Positions 24,999-29,199 of a stretch of 29,199 nucleotides of DNA are shown here, piece by piece. How positions within the stretch are numbered: the stretch's first letter is position 1; each line of letters starts with the position of its first letter. The DNA is from a virus. Its lineage: Duplodnaviria > Caudoviricetes. The notes beneath the pieces were generated by a model. The model worked only from the letters and a program-made list of their open reading frames with translations. It made no database searches and was not told where the DNA came from. The stretch is taken from positions 1 through 29,199 of the IMG/VR virus record IMGVR_UViG_3300039441_000233; one strand, written 5' to 3'. The translations under genes and the position numbers were made by a program.

Positions 24999-27152
24999 CT
25001 ATGGTGCAGCGGAAAATATTTCTCCTTTGGCCGTTCCGCGTATCCATATGCCATCAAAACAACTTTTACCACCCGCCATCAGGTGCAGGGCTTCGCCACG
25101 GCTGATAGTGATGCCGGTTGTCAGATGTATCTTGTCGATAGTTTTCGCTACAATTGCGTTTTGCTCATCCGTTCCGTGGATGAATTTTCGTCGTATTGCT
25201 GGCTTTTGCTTCCTGAGTCGGTTCGTCAGTTCTCGTCTTTCACGCCGACTTAGAGGTTTTGTTAAATCCTGTATCGGTGGATCGCTTTCGCTTCCCGTAC
25301 AGTTATTGACAGAACTCCGAGGGACGGCAAAGCCGTCCTGAAGGTCAACGGCCAAATCAACGGCGCGCTTCGGAACAATCTTCCATTGCGTTAGTCGGGT
25401 TAAAATTGGGGTGCCGGCACCGATGACAGAATCGTAAACACCACGGATAGCGACAGTTTCCTCGCCGTACTGATTAAACTCGGCGCGTGGCTCGTACAAT
25501 GTGCGTACCTGCAAGTCATCACGGCGCACGAATGGCCCACCCTGAGCATTGACATAACCAGCCCAATCACCAGCGTCAGCCGCATCATGAACAGAAGCAA
25601 ACTCAACGCTGAGGCCGTGAGCGGTCTCGGTATCAGCAAGGCGACGCAACTCGCGGTAGACGGTTACCGGCGCGCCACCGATAAACTGAAATTGACGAAT
25701 GTGCCACCGTGCAGCCCATGCGGAAACCGCCGGTGTAGTCTCTTTTAACAGCTCGCCGCTTTCATCATCGGTTTCACTATCGAGCGCATAACCATCGATA
25801 TTTTTCGAAATGTATTTTGCGACATAGCCGGTCGCGCTGCCTTTTTCCGGGTCGATAGCTTCGGCGTGAAAGCGCGCCTTTTTGGCTTTATCACTCTTCA
25901 GTTCGTGGCGGTCTTCTTCCCACGCATATTGACGAATGATGAGGCGAACACGCTCGACATCTTCAGGCAACATAAACATCAGCATATGCCAGTGAGGGGT
26001 TGCATCATGGTGTGGCTCAGCTACACGGATCCCGAAAATGCGGATGTCTTCGCGGTGTAGCTTTGCCCGGATTCGCGCCCATAGACCAGTAAGATAACTT
26101 TGCGTGTCTGACGGGCTGGCACCGTTCCATTTACTGTTACGGTAACCCGCTTTAATCGTGGCGTGATATTTAGACGGCGCAGTCAGAGTGTAAAACTCCC
26201 CGATATAACCGAGCTCATTACAGATATTTTCAAATCCGCGAATGCGGGTCATGAGTTCACAGCGGCGAATAGCAGGGTTAGCAACGGAGCCATCATATTT
26301 TTCAATCAGGCTGATACGGTTGCCGTCTTCGTCTTCGAGCTCCAGCCCTTTGAGAAACTCACGGGTGCGGCGCTTCTGCTCGCGCCAGTCGGTGACGCAG
26401 TTTTTACTCGCATATGTGTGTTTTTTCTTGCTGACATTGCCGACGGCAATTTGCAGATGTTCGCGCCATGCAGCCGCAACGCGACGAAGACGGCCGCGCC
26501 ACCATGCCTCGGTAAACATACGAATAACGGCGGGGGCAATATCATCCTGATTGAAGACTTTGCGTGTCACTCGCTCCCAGTGGGGAGGGGTAACGTTGAA
26601 TTGGCGTGAGATATACCCGGCACGCATGTACCAGGTATAAAGCGTTTTTAGCTCACCGGAATCGCTGTCATCAATATTGGCAAGTTCACCACGAATGAAA
26701 TTAGCTATATCAGCGGCGAGCAAATCAATATCGGCGCGTGTCATATCCGGTAGGCGATTGTATCGCGCCACCATATTGACCATACGCGATGCCAGATACT
26801 GAACTAACTGTGTATCAAACTGACCACCAAAAACATGAGCAGATAAATTCTTGTTAATGCCAGTACATTCATATTTTTTTTCGACCAGTTCGAGGCGCGG
26901 CAATGCCTTTTTACAGAAGCTGATTAAAAAGGCATTGGCTCGCTGACTGCCCTGATTTTGCTCCAGCACCGCAGCAGTGCGGTAAACATCAAAGCGAACA
27001 CTATCGGGCTGAAGAGAAAGTACCTTTCGAGCATGCAGCAAAGCCGCAAACATACGATTGCGGCGTTGTTGTTGGTCATAGGTAAGATATGGGCTCGCTA
27101 TAGCCGATCGCGGAGCGTTCCACGGGTAAGCGTAGGCCATTGAGCTATACAT
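24999..27152 (-). CDS. A: Rolling-circle replication endonuclease gpA (possibly C-terminally truncated)
   Basis: 'FYTLTAPSKYH', HUH 'EPHHDATPHWH', two-Tyr 'GYVAKYISKNIDG', 'WHIRQFQFIGG'. ATG 27152 couples (TGATG) to the upstream gene; 27140 is an alternative start. Confidence 0.96.
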   Translation of the reverse strand: MYSSMAYAYPWNAPRSAIASPYLTYDQQQRRNRMFAALLHARKVLSLQPDSVRFDVYRTAAVLEQNQGSQRANAFLISFCKKALPRLELVEKKYECTGINKNLSAHVFGGQFDTQLVQYLASRMVNMVARYNRLPDMTRADIDLLAADIANFIRGELANIDDSDSGELKTLYTWYMRAGYISRQFNVTPPHWERVTRKVFNQDDIAPAVIRMFTEAWWRGRLRRVAAAWREHLQIAVGNVSKKKHTYASKNCVTDWREQKRRTREFLKGLELEDEDGNRISLIEKYDGSVANPAIRRCELMTRIRGFENICNELGYIGEFYTLTAPSKYHATIKAGYRNSKWNGASPSDTQSYLTGLWARIRAKLHREDIRIFGIRVAEPHHDATPHWHMLMFMLPEDVERVRLIIRQYAWEEDRHELKSDKAKKARFHAEAIDPEKGSATGYVAKYISKNIDGYALDSETDDESGELLKETTPAVSAWAARWHIRQFQFIGGAPVTVYRELRRLADTETAHGLSVEFASVHDAADAGDWAGYVNAQGGPFVRRDDLQVRTLYEPRAEFNQYGEETVAIRGVYDSVIGAGTPILTRLTQWKIVPKRAVDLAVDLQDGFAVPRSSVNNCTGSESDPPIQDLTKPLSRRERRELTNRLRKQKPAIRRKFIHGTDEQNAIVAKTIDKIHLTTGITISRGEALHLMAGGKSCFDGIWIRGTAKGEIFSAAP
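25300..25322 (-). other. ori: Replication origin / gpA nick site inside A
   Basis: Minus strand CCTCG^GAGTTCTGTCAATAACTG vs P2 ori CCTCG^GAGTCCTGTCAATAACTG; nick expected between 25318 and 25317. Confidence 0.85.
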
Positions 27153-27622
27153 CAACTCTCATACCCTTGACGCGTCCTGTGCACACGAGCTCGAAGCTCG
27201 ATTTTCTCAGCATCGGATAGGGGTAATTTGGGGGCGTTTAATCCTGCTTCTGCTCCTGCTCGGTACCCGTCGTAAAAAGCGATTTGCTCACTGGTGCTTC
27301 GAGCGCCGCGAGTTTTATCTCGATTTTCAGCGAGGCGATCTACTGCACTTTCAAGGTCAATTCCTGTAAGTGGTTTTGCGGCTTCTCTGTGCTCCTGAAG
27401 TTCAATCAATCCTGCCAGTAAACGCTGGTGAAAACCTTCAGCTTTCAGCCCCCAAATCAGGCGAGTCAGCTCACTGTCGGTTAGTGGTTGGTCATTCAGT
27501 ACCGCTTTATCCTCTGCTAATTGCGCTGCATGAGCATCGGCACAATTATGAAATCCAGAGCCACCATCAATTTGCGGTACGCAATCAGCGCAGATACCGC
27601 AGCACCCTTTGTCATTGCTCAT
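27152..27622 (-). CDS. Hypothetical protein (156 aa), Cys-rich N-terminus
   Basis: Translationally coupled at both ends (TAATG, TGATG), supporting a real gene; no confident family. Confidence 0.7.
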   Translation of the reverse strand: MSNDKGCCGICADCVPQIDGGSGFHNCADAHAAQLAEDKAVLNDQPLTDSELTRLIWGLKAEGFHQRLLAGLIELQEHREAAKPLTGIDLESAVDRLAENRDKTRGARSTSEQIAFYDGYRAGAEAGLNAPKLPLSDAEKIELRARVHRTRQGYES

Positions 27623-27855
27623 TAGTGCAACTCCTGTGATTCGTTTTCGTAGCGGGTGGCTTCGCGGCGCAGAAGTTCAGCTGCTTCTGCACCGTTCATA
27701 CCTGTATGGGTAATATGAACGGCCAGAGCCTCGAGGCGGATTGAAACGGCTAAAGCGCGGTCTTTGCGCTCTTCTTTTTTGGCCTCTTTAAACAAGGCCG
27801 CTAATACGTCATCATCAGTACTGCTCGGCGTTGATAAGAAAATAGTTCGACTCAT
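27622..27855 (-). CDS. DUF2732 family protein (P2/186 early small ORF)
   Basis: 'EAKKEERKDRA..VSIRLEALA.HI...EAAELLRREA..YENESQELH'; RBS AGGAGG. Confidence 0.85.
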   Translation of the reverse strand: MSRTIFLSTPSSTDDDVLAALFKEAKKEERKDRALAVSIRLEALAVHITHTGMNGAEAAELLRREATRYENESQELH

Positions 27856-27919
27856 AAAACCTCCTGAATTTGGGCAAAAGAGTGCCCGGCGGGTTTACGC
27901 CATTAATTTCTGTTGTGGG

Positions 27920-28258
27920 TTAGTTCGGCATGGTTAGCCGTTTTGGAAATAAACTCACCACTGCACGAAAATGATTCATCGCTGTAATAAGCGCTTTTTT
28001 CTCGTCAGTCGTCAGCTCACTTAATTCGAGCTCATGACGAGCTGTCGGTATTTTTGCCAGAAAGAATATTGCGGCCATTGCGCGGCTATTCTCTTCAAAC
28101 AGTGGATCACGTTTATTGCGCATATCGCGGATAAACAGCTCGACCTCTTTCCAGCCATCACCCCAAAACCTAGCGCGTAACTCAGCGATATGATTCAAAC
28201 CGGCCAATCGTTCACCGGCGTTCAGTGGCGCAGACAGTTCAACAGCTTCGAGAGCCAT
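27920..28258 (-). CDS. DUF5347 family protein (186 dhr/CP78-like)
   Basis: 'GLNHIAELRA', 'AAIFFLAKIP..RH', 'LITAMNHFRAVVSLFP'; position after fil; RBS GGAGG. Confidence 0.75.
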   Translation of the reverse strand: MALEAVELSAPLNAGERLAGLNHIAELRARFWGDGWKEVELFIRDMRNKRDPLFEENSRAMAAIFFLAKIPTARHELELSELTTDEKKALITAMNHFRAVVSLFPKRLTMPN

Positions 28259-28422
28259 GATTCCTCCTGCTTATTGGTCGACAATCCAGCCAGTAAGTCA
28301 GCTTGCGACCGGCTCGGATGCCAGCGCTTACCTTTATCACCTGCAATCCAGCCATGGCCGTAATGCATCGATGGGTTTTGTTTAACGAGTAGTGATGCAA
28401 AAGATGGCTCTTTAGTCAGCAT
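28222..28422 (-). CDS. fil: Fil family (DUF2724) filamentation protein
   Basis: 'PSFASLLVKQNPSMHYGHGWI.G..GKRWHP'; ATG 28422 after GAGGTG; follows cII. Confidence 0.75.
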   Translation of the reverse strand: MLTKEPSFASLLVKQNPSMHYGHGWIAGDKGKRWHPSRSQADLLAGLSTNKQEESWLSKLLNCLRH

Positions 28423-28429
28423 AACCACC

Positions 28430-28939
28430 TCACACCAAACCGAATGTTGCGCCGATGCCGGTCATGGTATCGACGACGCTCGACATGGCCGGGTTAGCCT
28501 GTAGGCGAGCTTGTAACGCCAGGGCGGAAAGAGACAACATGCGAATACCCGAATTTACACTCTCAACCATGCTGTACTTGCGATCTGAAGTCATGCGTTC
28601 AGTTGATACTGCATTGGTCGCCAGCTCGCCGAGCTCGCCCATAGCACGCATGATATAGGTCTGTAATTTATCCTTCGCCAATTCATTCACCGGCACGCAA
28701 GGTAAGCAATGAATCTGAGCGAGAAAGCCATCAATAAGGGTTGAGTCTTCTGTCAGGTCAGTCAACAGCCACAATTCAGGTGGCGTGAACTGGTGAGGCT
28801 GTTCCGGGTTGAGCTTGTTACGTAACGTTTGAACGTTCATACCCGCACGCTCGGCCAGCTTCGTCATGTTGTGATGTTGCGCAAAAGCCCGGCATGCTTC
28901 GTCATAGTGGGGATGTTTGGAAACTTGAAAATCAAACAT
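28430..28939 (-). CDS. cII: 186-type CII transcriptional activator (169 aa)
   Basis: 'MFDFQVSKHPHYDEACRAFA..HN..KLAERAGMNVQTLRNKLNPEQPHQ'; ATG 28939 after AAGGA. Confidence 0.92.
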   Translation of the reverse strand: MFDFQVSKHPHYDEACRAFAQHHNMTKLAERAGMNVQTLRNKLNPEQPHQFTPPELWLLTDLTEDSTLIDGFLAQIHCLPCVPVNELAKDKLQTYIMRAMGELGELATNAVSTERMTSDRKYSMVESVNSGIRMLSLSALALQARLQANPAMSSVVDTMTGIGATFGLV

Positions 28940-28974
28940 GCGCTTTTCCTTCAAATCTTAAATAATCGAGTTTT

Positions 28975-29199
28975 TCAGGCAGTCACATAGCGGCAGTTGA
29001 GGCCTTGTGCCAGAAGGCGAGCACGGAAGGCAACCATGTTGATACGCGCAGCACCTCCGTCTTTTTTACGAGGCATGATGAGTAAGTCACCATCAGCAAC
29101 CATCTGTTTTACAGTGCGAAGGCTGTAGCCATAGCGCTCAGCAAATTCGTCATATGTCATGAGGTCTGCGCCGGACGGGATTGCAATTTGTGGAGTCAT
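28975..29199 (-). CDS. Cox/Apl family regulator and excisionase
   Basis: 74 aa winged-HTH pattern 'TYDEFAERYGYSLRTVKQMV..G.L.I..RK....ARINMVA'; first gene of the early lytic operon, upstream of cII. Confidence 0.8.
   Translation of the reverse strand: MTPQIAIPSGADLMTYDEFAERYGYSLRTVKQMVADGDLLIMPRKKDGGAARINMVAFRARLLAQGLNCRYVTA

Larger units (their letters stand above)
1..29199. mobile_element. P2-like (186-type) prophage/phage genome segment, gene D to cox/apl; int, cI, ogr and att sites outside window
   Basis: Canonical P2/186 gene order (cox/apl-cII-fil-dhr-A ... cos-Q-P / O-N-M-L-X-lysis-R-S / V-W-J-I-H-G / FI-FII-E-E'-T-U-D), 186-like cos, P2-type ori in A. Confidence 0.98.

Noticed and set aside
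24656-25341. Small ORFs 24656..24973, 24851..25072, 24996..25253 and 25027..25341
   Set aside because: They overlap the tum-like gene, its promoter or gene A, and have no recognisable motifs.
1-29199. CRISPR arrays, tRNA/rRNA genes, IS elements, retron/DGR reverse transcriptase, att sites
   Set aside because: No repeat-spacer periodicity, RNA gene signature, transposase or RT motif seen; att and int lie outside the window.

Overview
The whole window is the body of a P2-like (Peduovirus-type, most 186-like in organisation) temperate phage/prophage, read mostly on the minus strand. It runs from cox/apl, cII, fil and dhr, through rolling-circle replication gene A (with internal ori), a LexA-boxed tum-like gene, cos, the head/packaging genes (Q,P,O,N,M,L), lysis (holin, SAR endolysin, spanins) and the baseplate/tail genes to gene D. 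Integrase, cI and ogr/B lie outside the window. Three accessory loci stand out. (1) An AT-rich DUF262 + HEPN two-gene operon in the A-to-cos hotspot is a probable anti-phage system. (2) An AT-rich 449-aa DUF4062 (TIR/NDT-like)-coiled coil-putative beta-sandwich gene between S and V is a candidate undescribed single-gene defence effector. (3) A serine-invertase-flanked ~2.07-kb invertible cassette can swap two unrelated tail-fibre tips (glycine-rich vs collar-type), each with its own chaperone. All family assignments come from recognising motifs and synteny by eye; no database search was run.
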